A DNA stretch of 64,000 nucleotides from an uncultured Acidobacteriaceae bacterium (GTDB taxonomy: Bacteria > Acidobacteriota > Terriglobia > Terriglobales > Acidobacteriaceae). Positions 47,434 to 57,260 of the stretch are shown piece by piece. The DNA is taken from NCBI GenBank assembly GCA_963846215.1, contig CAWJVC010000007.1, positions 27,402 to 91,401 of the forward strand, in the 5' to 3' direction. The notes under the pieces are model-generated. The model worked only from the letters and a program-made list of their open reading frames with translations. It ran no database searches and was not told the DNA's origin. How positions within the stretch are numbered: position 1 is the stretch's first letter; every line of letters begins with the position of its first letter. A program made the translations under genes and the position numbers.

Positions 47434-50400
47434 TTATTGAGTTGGCAGGGTTACTGTTACAGAGGTTCCGGTCGAACTAGAGCGAATCTCAAACTCTCCA
47501 CGTAACTGACGAACTCGCTCCTGCATACCTTGCACACCGACTCCAACCTTTACTGGTAGATTCTTGGTCGAGTCAAACTGCGCAATTCCTGTGCCTGCAT
47601 CCCGAATCTCCACCCTCACGCGATGTGCGCCGTATTCAACACGGATTTCGGCACTATCGCTTCCGGAATGGCGATGAATGTTGGTAAGTGATTCCTGCAC
47701 GATCCGGAAGATGGCTGTCTCGATCTCCTGAGAAAGTCGTGGCAGCTTCTGATCAATCTGCAAATCCACGGGGATTCCGCTTCTTTCGGCAAAACCTTCT
47801 ATGTACCAGCGCAGAGCGGAAGCTAGTCCGGCCTCGTCCAGCAGGGGCGGATGAAGCAGGTGGGACATGGTGCGAAGTTGTTTAGATAAGTCGTCAACCA
47901 GTGCAACACTGCTAATGGCAACCTTATCCAATTCCGGATCTTTTTTCTGCAGCTGTTGCTCAAGAGAAAATAAATTCATTTTCAGTGCGACCAGAATTTG
48001 TCCGGCGCTGTCGTGCAAATCGCGCGCCAAGCGGCGTCGTTCCTCATCCTGGGCCTGCAAGAGCCTGCTGTTCAGTGCGCGAAGTTTGTGTTCTGCTTCC
48101 TGGAGTTCGGCGGTGCGCTCCTTGACCCGTTCCTCCAATTGAGTGCGCGCCAAAACTTGTTCGGTGACATTGACGACATGCACCAAGATACCTTCAACGT
48201 TTCCCGCCACGTTTCTGACGGCTTGATAGCTGAATGTTACGTAAACGATCTCCTCTTTGCCCTTGCGCTGAAGGAGGAGTTTACGGTCCGTATTAAGAAA
48301 AGGCTCGCCGCTCTCGTAAACCTGATTCAAGAGTTGGAGGAAGCCTTGCTTCTCAACCTCGGGAAGGATATCTTTCACAGTTTTGCCGACGATCTGGGTG
48401 GCGTCCTCGCGTCCGATTAAATCGAGATAAGCGGAGTTCACGAATGTGAAACGATGCTCAGGACCGCTCAGCAGAGCCATTCCAGCTGGAGCCAAAATGA
48501 AGGACTCGCGAAACCGGCCGCGCTCCAAATCGGCCTCGGCCCGCAGCAGGCGCTCCTTTTCGGCAGCTTCCGCGCGCACACGCGCCAATCTCAAGTGAGC
48601 GCCTACACGGGCCAGAAGTTCACGAGCGGTGAAGGGTTTAACCAGGTAATCGTCTGCGCCGGCATGCAGTCCTTCCACTCGTGATTCCTCGCCTGCCCGA
48701 GCCGAAAGTAGAATGACGGGCATCGATTGGGTTTCAGGATCGCTTTTCAAGTCGCGCAAGACTTCGAAGCCGTCCATGCCTGGCATGATCACATCGGTGA
48801 GAACGAGATCGGCGTGCAATTCACGCGCGGCCTTTACCGCAGCAAGTCCGTTGGAAACGGAATGGACCCGGTAGCGCTCACCCAGAAGTCGACGTAAATA
48901 ATCGCGCATGTCGGCGTTGTCATCGGCCAAGACAATCAAAGCGCCTCCGCTATCGAACTCGGAGGATTCCGTTGTGGATCCGGCAAGTGGACGGGATACC
49001 CTAATTTCGTTTGCAGCGACGGGCTCGGTTGAAGATTCGGGTAACCATCGGAGAGCTTCTTCAACGTAACTATCTGCGCGAATAGCGCTCGAAGCGAGAG
49101 TTCGTGCAGCGTCAACCCTCTCCGGGGGAAGGTGGTTTCTTCCTTTCGGGATGGTCACCGAAAAGGTCGTCCCGACCCCTTCTTTGCTGGAGGCTGTGAT
49201 GGTTCCGTGATGGAGTTTGACCAATTCTTGAACCAGAGCCAATCCGATGCCTGTGCCTTCATGGGTTCGGCCCCGGGCTCCTTCCACGCGGTGGAAACGT
49301 TCGAACAAGCGCGGCAGTTCGTGTTCAGCAATTCCGATACCCGTGTCGCTGATCTGTAACTGGACGGAGTCATTGAGAGATTCGAGACGGACCGAAACAC
49401 TTCCTTCAAAAGTAAATTTGAACGCGTTTGAAAGAAGATTCAGGACGATCTTTTCCCACATGTCGCGGTCGATGTAAATCAGCTCTGAGATGGGCTGGCA
49501 TTGAACGTCGAAATGCAAACCTGCGCGATCCATGGCCGAGCGAAATGAACTAGCGAGCTCCGCGGTGAAACTGCTAAGGTCTGTGGGCTGGTAGATGGCC
49601 TCAACCCGACCTGCTTCGATCCGCGAGAAATCAAGGAGCGAGTTCACGAGCTTTAACAAACGCAAGGCGTTGCGGTGGACCACGGTGAGGTGCTCACGGT
49701 TGGGAGCGGATAGGTTCGCGCTCGGGTTGGCGAGCGTATCTTCTAACGGGCCTAAGATCAGGGTTAACGGAGTGCGGAACTCGTGGCTGACATTGCTGAA
49801 GAAAGCAGTCTTGGCTCGATCCAACTCGGCTAAGGCTTCCACGCGCTTCTGTTGGTCCTCGAAGGCGCGAGCATCGGCGATGGCGGCTGCGAGGTTGCGG
49901 GCGACCAAGCCGAAGAACGCAGAATATTTTTCATCGAACGCCCGCCGCGGGCTGATTCCGGCAATTAAAACGCCCGTCGCCTGATTTTCTCCCGCGGCGG
50001 CGATCGGCATCAGCACTACGCTCTTGGCTTTTTGTGGCCAAGGTCCCCCAGGAAGGTTGTCGAGAGGCGCCGCCAAGGTATTCAGGACCAACGCCTCGCC
50101 GGTCGACAAAACCTTAGTCAGCGGCCAGGCAGTTTCCTGGTCTGCCTGAAGTAAGATGCGCTGCGGTGCGGCTTCATGACCTGGTTCAAGATGCATGGCA
50201 GCCACGAGAGTGGCGGACGCGCCATCGCCTTCGAGGAGATAAATAAGCGCGAATGGAATATCCAGAGAGTACTTGGCCAGAACCTCCGCAGCTAATTTGC
50301 AAGCCTGGACCGCGCTGGTGGACGGCGATTGGGAAGCGCCTAATTCTTGTAAAGCGGTTAGCCGGCGCTCGCTCAGAATTTTGTCGGTGGTTTCGGTAAC

Positions 50401-50931
50401 TGCCGTAAAAATGCCGCCCACTTCGCCAGATTCATCCCGAATCGGACTGTAAGAAAAAGTGAAATAACATTCCTCGACGTATCCATTTCGATCCAGCAGG
50501 AGAAGCTGATCTTCCGACCAGGTGGCCTCGCCTTTTTGCAAAACTCCTTCAAGCATCGGGCCGATGACGTCCCAAATTTCCGGCCAACACTCAGCACCCG
50601 CCTGTCCCATAGCGCTGGGGTGCTTCGTGCTTCCCAGGATTACCCGGTAAGCATCGTTGTAAAGCATGAACAACTCGGTGCCCCACCAGATCAGGATGGG
50701 GAACCGCGACTCAAGGCATATGCTGACAGCGGTGCACAAGCTTTGCGGCCACAAGGAGACCGGCCCGAGCGGGTGGGAATGCCAGTTGTAACTCCGCATC
50801 AAGGCGCCCATTTCTCCGCCGGCAGCGAAGCAGTTGATCTTTCCAGTCGCCGTGCCTTGGCCCTTGGAAGAAGATAATTGGGATGGGTGGCTTGGTAGGA
50901 GATCAGGTGAAGTATCGGATTTCACAGGCAC
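47434..50931 (-). CDS. Hybrid sensor kinase with two transmitter modules (PAS-GAF-HisKA-HATPase-REC-PAS-HisKA_3-HATPase)
   Basis: H-box 1 is SHEFRTPLT with DTGIGI/GTGIGL. The receiver has LTDVIMPGMDG and LSARA. H-box 2 is ARDLHDSAGQ (NarX/DesK type), with a second ATPase region (VEIRDAGTGI). Confidence 0.88.
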   Translation of the reverse strand: MPVKSDTSPDLLPSHPSQLSSSKGQGTATGKINCFAAGGEMGALMRSYNWHSHPLGPVSLWPQSLCTAVSICLESRFPILIWWGTELFMLYNDAYRVILGSTKHPSAMGQAGAECWPEIWDVIGPMLEGVLQKGEATWSEDQLLLLDRNGYVEECYFTFSYSPIRDESGEVGGIFTAVTETTDKILSERRLTALQELGASQSPSTSAVQACKLAAEVLAKYSLDIPFALIYLLEGDGASATLVAAMHLEPGHEAAPQRILLQADQETAWPLTKVLSTGEALVLNTLAAPLDNLPGGPWPQKAKSVVLMPIAAAGENQATGVLIAGISPRRAFDEKYSAFFGLVARNLAAAIADARAFEDQQKRVEALAELDRAKTAFFSNVSHEFRTPLTLILGPLEDTLANPSANLSAPNREHLTVVHRNALRLLKLVNSLLDFSRIEAGRVEAIYQPTDLSSFTAELASSFRSAMDRAGLHFDVQCQPISELIYIDRDMWEKIVLNLLSNAFKFTFEGSVSVRLESLNDSVQLQISDTGIGIAEHELPRLFERFHRVEGARGRTHEGTGIGLALVQELVKLHHGTITASSKEGVGTTFSVTIPKGRNHLPPERVDAARTLASSAIRADSYVEEALRWLPESSTEPVAANEIRVSRPLAGSTTESSEFDSGGALIVLADDNADMRDYLRRLLGERYRVHSVSNGLAAVKAARELHADLVLTDVIMPGMDGFEVLRDLKSDPETQSMPVILLSARAGEESRVEGLHAGADDYLVKPFTARELLARVGAHLRLARVRAEAAEKERLLRAEADLERGRFRESFILAPAGMALLSGPEHRFTFVNSAYLDLIGREDATQIVGKTVKDILPEVEKQGFLQLLNQVYESGEPFLNTDRKLLLQRKGKEEIVYVTFSYQAVRNVAGNVEGILVHVVNVTEQVLARTQLEERVKERTAELQEAEHKLRALNSRLLQAQDEERRRLARDLHDSAGQILVALKMNLFSLEQQLQKKDPELDKVAISSVALVDDLSKQLRTMSHLLHPPLLDEAGLASALRWYIEGFAERSGIPVDLQIDQKLPRLSQEIETAIFRIVQESLTNIHRHSGSDSAEIRVEYGAHRVRVEIRDAGTGIAQFDSTKNLPVKVGVGVQGMQERVRQLRGEFEIRSSSTGTSVTVTLPTQ

Positions 50932-51204
50932 TTTAACTCGCTCATTTAAGCTGCTCTTGCTGTCGGAATCTCATTATTTTTGTGCAGCTTGCGGGCTCAC
51001 CTATCAAGCTGCCAGGGTCGGGGAAGAGGAACCCCTCTTTGTAAGGATAATCAGGTCTTTTGTGGATCGCATATACGGTATTTACCCTAGCGACTCGAAA
51101 ATGTGCTAGAGACAGTTGCGCCTAGGGAGCGTCATTGAATCGCATGGTGCCCTGAATATGTACGCGAGTTTAATGCTGCCGCTTCCGCTACAATCATCCC
51201 GCGT

Positions 51205-52806
51205 ATGAAGCGTACTCAGTTATATGGTGACCCCAAGAACGTCTTTGTTCATGAGGCGATTCTGGCTTCATGCGGGAAGCATCCTCAGAAAACAGCACTA
51301 GTCGATACCTCGTGTGGACGGCGGCTCACATACGCGGATTATGGAGAGACGATCGAAGCACTGGCGCGTGGACTGGTTGCGTCCGGAGTGAAGCCGGGTG
51401 AAGTGATAGCGATTTTTCTGCCGAATTCCTGGGAATTCTGCGCCGCTTACCATGCGGCAACGCTGGCAGGTGCCATCCCAACGTTGCTGAATCCGACCTA
51501 TCGTGACCGGGAGGTGCGGTATCAGTTGGAGAATTCCGGCGCGGCACTGCTGATCACTGACGGCCCACAAATCAATGGAATCAATCTGGGCGCGCTACCG
51601 AAGTTGCGGCGAATCTTCTGCACGCGGCAGCAGGGAAGCGCAAGCGAGGATTTCTCCAACCTATTGAAGCCTGTGAGTTCTCCGCTGCCGAGGCCCGCTC
51701 TGAGTTCCGAAGACACTCTGGCGGCACTTCCTTATTCGAGCGGCACGACGGGACTCCCGAAAGGCGTGATGCTCTCGCATCACAACCTAGTGGCGAATGT
51801 TTATCAGCTGCTGGCGCCGAATACGGTGATGATGAAGCCGGAGGACCACTTGCTGTGCTTCCTGCCGCTTTATCACATTTATGGATTAAACGTTGCACTG
51901 AACCCGATTCTGACCCTGGGGGCGACACTGGTCCTGATGCCTCGTTTCAGCGTAGGACACCTGTGCTCGCTGCTGACTGAAGAATCGATTACTACGATGC
52001 CAGTAGTTCCGCCGGCGATGAACGCCCTGTGTCTGGCCGCGGAAGCCGGGCAGTTTCCGAAACAACACAAATTACATTGGGTGAAGTCTGGAGCCGCACC
52101 GCTTGCGCCGGATTTAGCGCGGAGATTCACTGCGCTTACCGGTGTCCTGGTCTGTCAGGGCTATGGCATGACGGAGGCGTCGCCGGTGACGCATGTGGGG
52201 TATCTTGAGCCTCAACTCTATCGGCCGGATTCGATCGGCCATCCCGTGGCGCAGACCGAATGCAGAGTGCTTGGAGCGCAGAATCTGGCGGCTTCGGCGG
52301 AGCTTGTTGAGGAGGTTGCGCCGGGTGAACCGGGAGAATTGGTGATGCGCGGACCACAGTTTATGCGCGGCTACTGGAAAGAGCCGGAGGCTACGGCGGC
52401 GGTGCTCCGGGATGGCTGGTATTTTTCCGGCGATATTGTCACGCGAGACGAAGACGGTTTCTATCGGGTGGTGGATCGGAAAAAGGAGATGATCAAGTAC
52501 AAAGGTTTTCCCGTGGCTCCGGCCGAGGTAGAAGCGGTGCTACTGGAGCATCCGGCGGTGCGCGAGTGCGGCGTGGTAGGGCGGGCGGATGAGGCGGCGG
52601 GAGAGATTCCGGTGGCCTTTATCGCTTTGCGAGATGGGTTTGTGAAGTGCAAGAAAATGGAAAAAGAGCTGTGCGAATTCGTTGGCGAGAGGCTGACCCA
52701 CTACAAGCAGCCGCGAGAGGTGCACTTCATAGAGGCTGTGCCCAAAACTGCCTCAGGGAAAATACTGCGGCGAGAGCTGAGACAGACGATACGCGGGACG
52801 AGTTGA
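51205..52806 (+). CDS. AMP-dependent acyl-CoA ligase (4-coumarate/long-chain type)
   Basis: LPYSSGTTGLPKGVMLSH, GYGMTEA, WYFSGDIV, and SGKILRR at the C-terminus. Confidence 0.88.
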   Translation: MKRTQLYGDPKNVFVHEAILASCGKHPQKTALVDTSCGRRLTYADYGETIEALARGLVASGVKPGEVIAIFLPNSWEFCAAYHAATLAGAIPTLLNPTYRDREVRYQLENSGAALLITDGPQINGINLGALPKLRRIFCTRQQGSASEDFSNLLKPVSSPLPRPALSSEDTLAALPYSSGTTGLPKGVMLSHHNLVANVYQLLAPNTVMMKPEDHLLCFLPLYHIYGLNVALNPILTLGATLVLMPRFSVGHLCSLLTEESITTMPVVPPAMNALCLAAEAGQFPKQHKLHWVKSGAAPLAPDLARRFTALTGVLVCQGYGMTEASPVTHVGYLEPQLYRPDSIGHPVAQTECRVLGAQNLAASAELVEEVAPGEPGELVMRGPQFMRGYWKEPEATAAVLRDGWYFSGDIVTRDEDGFYRVVDRKKEMIKYKGFPVAPAEVEAVLLEHPAVRECGVVGRADEAAGEIPVAFIALRDGFVKCKKMEKELCEFVGERLTHYKQPREVHFIEAVPKTASGKILRRELRQTIRGTS

Positions 52807-53021
52807 TGCTGACGAAAACAGGAGGACCGTCCCTCAATCGAACAGTGAAAGTGGCGTTCTCTTACTGGCATCCCGGTGAGACTCCTTCAACGCAGAAGTG
52901 ACAGCAAATTGACAATTCGCTGACAATCCCCCTTGCGACTCATCCCAGACTGATTCCGGTGCAGTTGCGGTTTTCGGACGCCGACCTTCCTTACCCCAAC
53001 CCGCATTTACAGGAGGATCCT

Positions 53022-54209
53022 ATGAGTCGATTTTACAAAGTCAAAGCCTGTGCTGTTGTCATCGTGCTGGTTACTTCTTTTAACTTGTTGGCCAACGGGC
53101 AGGGAAGCAGCTTGCATGCATCAGGCATTAGCGTCGTTGCGTCCACCGTTCCGTCCAATGGCGACTTGAATCCGTACGGCGTGGCGCGTGTTCCTGAAAG
53201 CTCAGGGACCTTGGTCCAAGGAAATATTCTGGTAAGTAATTTCAATAACAGCGCGAACCTTCAAGGCACAGGGACAACGATCGTGCAGATTGCGCCCGAT
53301 GGAACCAGCAGCTTGTTCGCCCAGATTGATGCCACGAATCTTCCGGGTCCGTGTCCCGGGGGAGTCGGCTTGACGACGGCTCTGGCGGCGCTGCGCACGG
53401 GATGGGTGATTGTGGGCAGCCTGCCGACCACGGACGGCACGTCGGCAACGGCTCAGGCGGGATGTCTGCTGGTGTTGGACAGTTACGGGAATGTTGCCGA
53501 GACGTTCTACGGTTCGCTGATCAACGGTCCGTGGGACATGACGGCATTGGACTCAGGAAGCACAGTGAATTTGTTCGTTACGAATGTTCTGAACGGAACT
53601 CAAGCGGGCGGCGGGAAAGTGGTGCATGGTGGGACGGTAGTGCGGTTGACGCTGAATGTGACGCTTCGCTCATGCCTAGTTTGGAATCGATGACTGTGAT
53701 TGGATCGGGTTTTGCCGAGCGCACCGATCCGGCGGCACTGGTGATCGGGCCGACCGGGTGTGGGCATTAGCGGCAACGCGTCGATACTTTACGTGGCCGA
53801 TAGTCTGAACAATCGCATCGCCGCGATTCCGAACCCTGTCTTCCGCAACACGTCGGCTGGAACAGGCGCAACCGTCTCCCAAGGCGGCAGCTTGAATGAT
53901 CCACTCGGCTTGGCGGTCGCGCCGGACGGCAATATCCTGACGGTGAATGGGAACAATGGATATCTGGTTACAACGACTCCGGAGGGGAACCAGACCGGCA
54001 AGGTTTTGCTGGATAGCAGCGGTAATCCTCCAGGTGCTGGCGCGCTGTTTGGATTGGTCCCGGTGCCAGGCCAGGGACTCTACTATGTGGACGATGCCAC
54101 CAACACTTTGAATTTGTTTCAACTGACAGGCGCGAACGCTTGCGTAACATCTAAGCCCACCTTCTGCAATTTTCTGGAGGGTGGGTTTCTTGTTGGTGGA
54201 TTGATTTAA
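53022..54209 (+). pseudogene. Secreted NHL/beta-propeller-like repeat protein with two frameshifts
   Basis: The SD sequence GGAGGA is followed by signal peptide MSRFYKVKACAVVIVLVTSFNLLANG. The sequence continues in frame 2 (SLMPSLESMTVIGSGFAERTDPAALVIGPTG, ~53660-53760) and then returns to the first frame (GISGNASILYVADSLNNRIAAIP...). Confidence 0.6.
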
Positions 54210-54291
54210 GAATTTGATTCAAGCTATAGATTTCTTAATAGCTTTATTCCCCATTGCTATGCGGTCGTGCTTGCGGTAGTATCGCTGCCCC

Positions 54292-55047
54292 ATGTTCCGA
54301 ATCTTGCTGCTGTTCTTGCGGCGGTTGTGGCTGCCGCTGGTGGTGTTCGCCGGATTCAGCCTGATGTGTGTGCTGGTGTACCGGCGGCTGGAGGGTCTGA
54401 GCTGGCAGGACGCTCTTGTTCTGGATGATCCAGCCGCACGCGATCGATGCGAAGCGGGTTCACAATGCGACCAAGCTGTTCTCAATTTTTGTTTACTGCG
54501 GGCGTGTTTGCGTTTCAGATCTGGGTGGCGGAACGGGTGGCGGTTACGATCTTCAACCGGCAGGGGATGGAGGCCTGGAGAACTATGGTGAACGACGTCA
54601 GCATCGAAAAACTACGCGATCACTTCATCATCTGTGGCTACGGGCAAGTGGGCCGGACGGTGGTGGATCAACTGAACCGGCTGAAGATTCCTTTTGTGCT
54701 GATCGAGACCAACGAAGGGTTGTGCCGCGAGCTGCTGAAGGAAAAGGTGCTGACCATTCAGGGAGACGCTAAGCGGCACGACGTGCTGCAGTCCGCCGGA
54801 ATCGAGCGGGCGCGCGGGGTGTGCATTGTGATCGACAACGATGCCGACAATCTTTACATCACGGTGACGGCGAAGGCGATGAATCCGAAAGCGCGCATCA
54901 TTACGCGGGCCGGGCAGTCGCGCTACGCGCAGGCCATGCGAAATTCGGGTGCAGACGAGGTGATCATTCCGGAATACGAAGGCGGATCTGATGACGGGAC
55001 GGATGATTGCCAAGTTCTATCCCGGACGCACATCCAGCCTGGCGTAA
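54292..55047 (+). pseudogene. TrkA-N/RCK-domain membrane protein (Kch-like), at least 3 frameshifts
   Basis: The N-terminal TM segment starts at 54292 (frame 1). It continues in frame 2 (~54416) and frame 3 (54447 onward, with IICGYGQVGRTVV as the Rossmann motif). The C-terminus LMTGRMIAKFYPGRTSSLA is back in frame 1, ending at the TAA at 55045-55047. Confidence 0.7.
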
Positions 55048-56222
55048 GGGTGCCAGTTATTTTTCGGCTGCCGCTTTCGGCCGCGAATTTTCTCGGTGGC
55101 CAGAAAGTTCCAGATGGTTTCGTTGGCGTTGATGGCATTGCTGGTTTTGCCAACTTCTTTTTCGCTCATGTACTGCTCGCCGCCGGGCCAGGTATTGCCG
55201 CCATCCTTTACGCTGTAGAGCACGACCTGAGCGTTGTCCTGGCAGCCGCTGTAGGTGAAGGTTTTAGTTTCCTTGCCGCCTTTTTGCGAAGGCGGAACTT
55301 TGTCCTGAGCGGGCTTTTCGTCGCAGCGGTCGAACTTGGCCCAGGTCTTGGCGCTGTCTTCGGCGGAGAGCACGTGGAACCGGCCCGGTTTGTAAGTGCC
55401 GCCGTTGTAGGGAACGATGGGGTCATCCGTGCCATTGATGAAAACCGCGGGAACGGGCGCGAGCCGGAAGGCAGATCATGGTTTTCGGCATGGCTGCGCC
55501 GACGGGAGCAATTGCGGCGACGCGATCCGCCATATTGCAGCCCACTGCGCAAGCGCCATGAAGCCGCCATCGCCCAAGCCGGTGGCGTAGATGCGGTGAG
55601 TGTCGACCGAGTACTTGAGAGCGAGCTGGTCGAGCATCTGGTTCAGAAAAGCAACATCATCCGCCGGCTCGGATCTGTTATTGTTCTGGTCGGGATTCTG
55701 TCCTCCCTGCCCCTGTCCCTGTCCTTGACCACCGCCAGGATAGCCGCCGCCACCGCCCGGATATCCTCCACCCCCGCCGGGGTAGCCACCTCCGCCACCG
55801 GGATATCCTCCGCCGCCACCCTCCGCGACGGCCTTGGCCACCGCGGCGGGGCATGCTCTCCGACGCCTGCTCAGCGTGCACTCCAATATTCCACCGCCCG
55901 CGCGTGGCGTTTGGATAGACGGCAATGATGCCAGTCTTTGTCGGCAAGCTGGTTGAAGTGCGTAAGGCGCGCCATGTCGTCGGCGTCCTGATATTGGCCA
56001 TGCAAGAGAATGACAACTGGATAACGCTGCTGTTGGTCGTAGCCTTTTGGCAGATGCACGACGTAGCTGCGGGAAACGTCGTCGACGTCGACTTTTCGTG
56101 GACGTCCTGGCCGAGCAGAGGGAGTCGGAATAGCAATTCCCGACGAGGCCAACTGCCGACGAATATGCGAACGGAGACGAGCCTGGGAAACGAAGATTGG
56201 GCGGCGAGACTTTCAACCTCAT
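55017..56222 (-). pseudogene. PHB-depolymerase-family esterase (LpqC-like), multiple frameshifts
   Basis: Fragments lie in three frames: SYVVHLPKGYDQQQRYPVVILLHG, DGIIAVYPNATRGRWNIG, RIYATGLGDGGFMA, MADRVAAIAPVGAAMP, PAVFINGTDDPIVPYNGG, and WPGGEQYMSEK. The nucleophile elbow reads GLGDG rather than GxSxG. Confidence 0.6.
55700..55822 (-). repeat. Low-complexity coding repeats: (GQ)n followed by 4 x 21-bp GGGGGYP units
   Basis: The minus strand translates to GGGGGYPGGGGGYPGGGGGYPGGGGGYPGGGQGQGQGQGGQ, inside the esterase remnant. Confidence 0.85.
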
Positions 56223-56462
56223 TCGTGCAATGCCTTTGTAAGTTTCGTGAGTGGTTAAGACTTATGGCCAGCCTGCACTGGCCAATCTGCGTAAGAACCC
56301 CAAGCGTCTGCGGGTTGCTAAGGGAGGGCGAGGGATTGCAAAGTTTTGTAAGCGAAATTCGCCAAGGCGGACGGAACTTTTTCTCGAGGCCTTCGTAACT
56401 ATGAGTGTTCGAACTAACGCAACGACAGAGCGCTGCGATCAACCGCGCTCACGGGAGGATTT

Positions 56463-56816
56463 ATGGACGGAAATTTCGTGGGACTGGCAGCGGTGGTAAT
56501 GATTTTCGGGATCCCCATGGCGGCGATGTACACGTTTTTCCGGGTGCGCAAACTGCGCAGCGAAGAGCGCTTGGCGGCGATTGCGCGAGGAGTCGAAGTG
56601 CCGATGCAGCCGGAACTTTCGGAGGCGGCACGTTCGCGGCGGTCGGGAATTCTGTTGGTGGCGGGGGCGATCGGATATATCGCGACGTTCATTCTGATCG
56701 GACGCGTTGAACCTGATGCGATGATTGCGGCGACGTTCGGCGTGATTCCGCTGGCGGTGGGAATCGGTTTTTTTGTCGATCACGCGTTGATCCGGCGTGA
56801 CGCTAACGCGCAATGA
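56463..56816 (+). CDS. Small 3-TM membrane protein, hypothetical
   Basis: An intact 117-aa ORF with three hydrophobic helices and an R/K-rich loop (RVRKLRSEERLAAIARG). Confidence 0.55.
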   Translation: MDGNFVGLAAVVMIFGIPMAAMYTFFRVRKLRSEERLAAIARGVEVPMQPELSEAARSRRSGILLVAGAIGYIATFILIGRVEPDAMIAATFGVIPLAVGIGFFVDHALIRRDANAQ

Positions 56817-57212
56817 AGATTGGTACGACTTATGACCCGAGAGATGAATTGTGCCTGAGCGTCGGTCAAGGGCACGACGCTGAGCCTTCCTTGCCGCACC
56901 AGGGGCGAGTCGGCAAATAGTTTGTTGGCTTTCATCTCGGCCAGCGTCACTGGCTTGGCCAATGGCTTGCCGACTTTAATCTTCACCTGCGGATTCTTGG
57001 GGTCGCCGACGTCCACTGAGACGACGGTGGCGGTTCCGACGGCGCTCTTCTCGTCGCCGGTGTGATAGATGATCAGATGTCGTCCGGCTTCATGCCGCGC
57101 AGATTCTTCAGGGCGACGGGATTGGTGACTCCGTCCCAAATCGTCGTGTCTGCTCGCGTTGCAGATCGGCGAAAGAATAAACCGTGGGTTCGGTTTTTAG
57201 AAGGTAGGTCAT
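56780..57212 (-). pseudogene. EVE (PUA-like) domain protein, two frameshifts
   Basis: MTYLLKTEPTVYSFADLQREQ is in frame a, from the ATG at 57212. DTTIWDGVTNPVALKNLRGMKP is in frame b. HLIIYHTGDEKSAVGTATVVSV...LVRQGRLSVVPL is in frame c. The 3' end is uncertain. Confidence 0.65.
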
Positions 57213-57260
57213 GGGCAAGATTTTACTCGCCGAGGGCCCGGATTCACACTGGTCCTGTCG

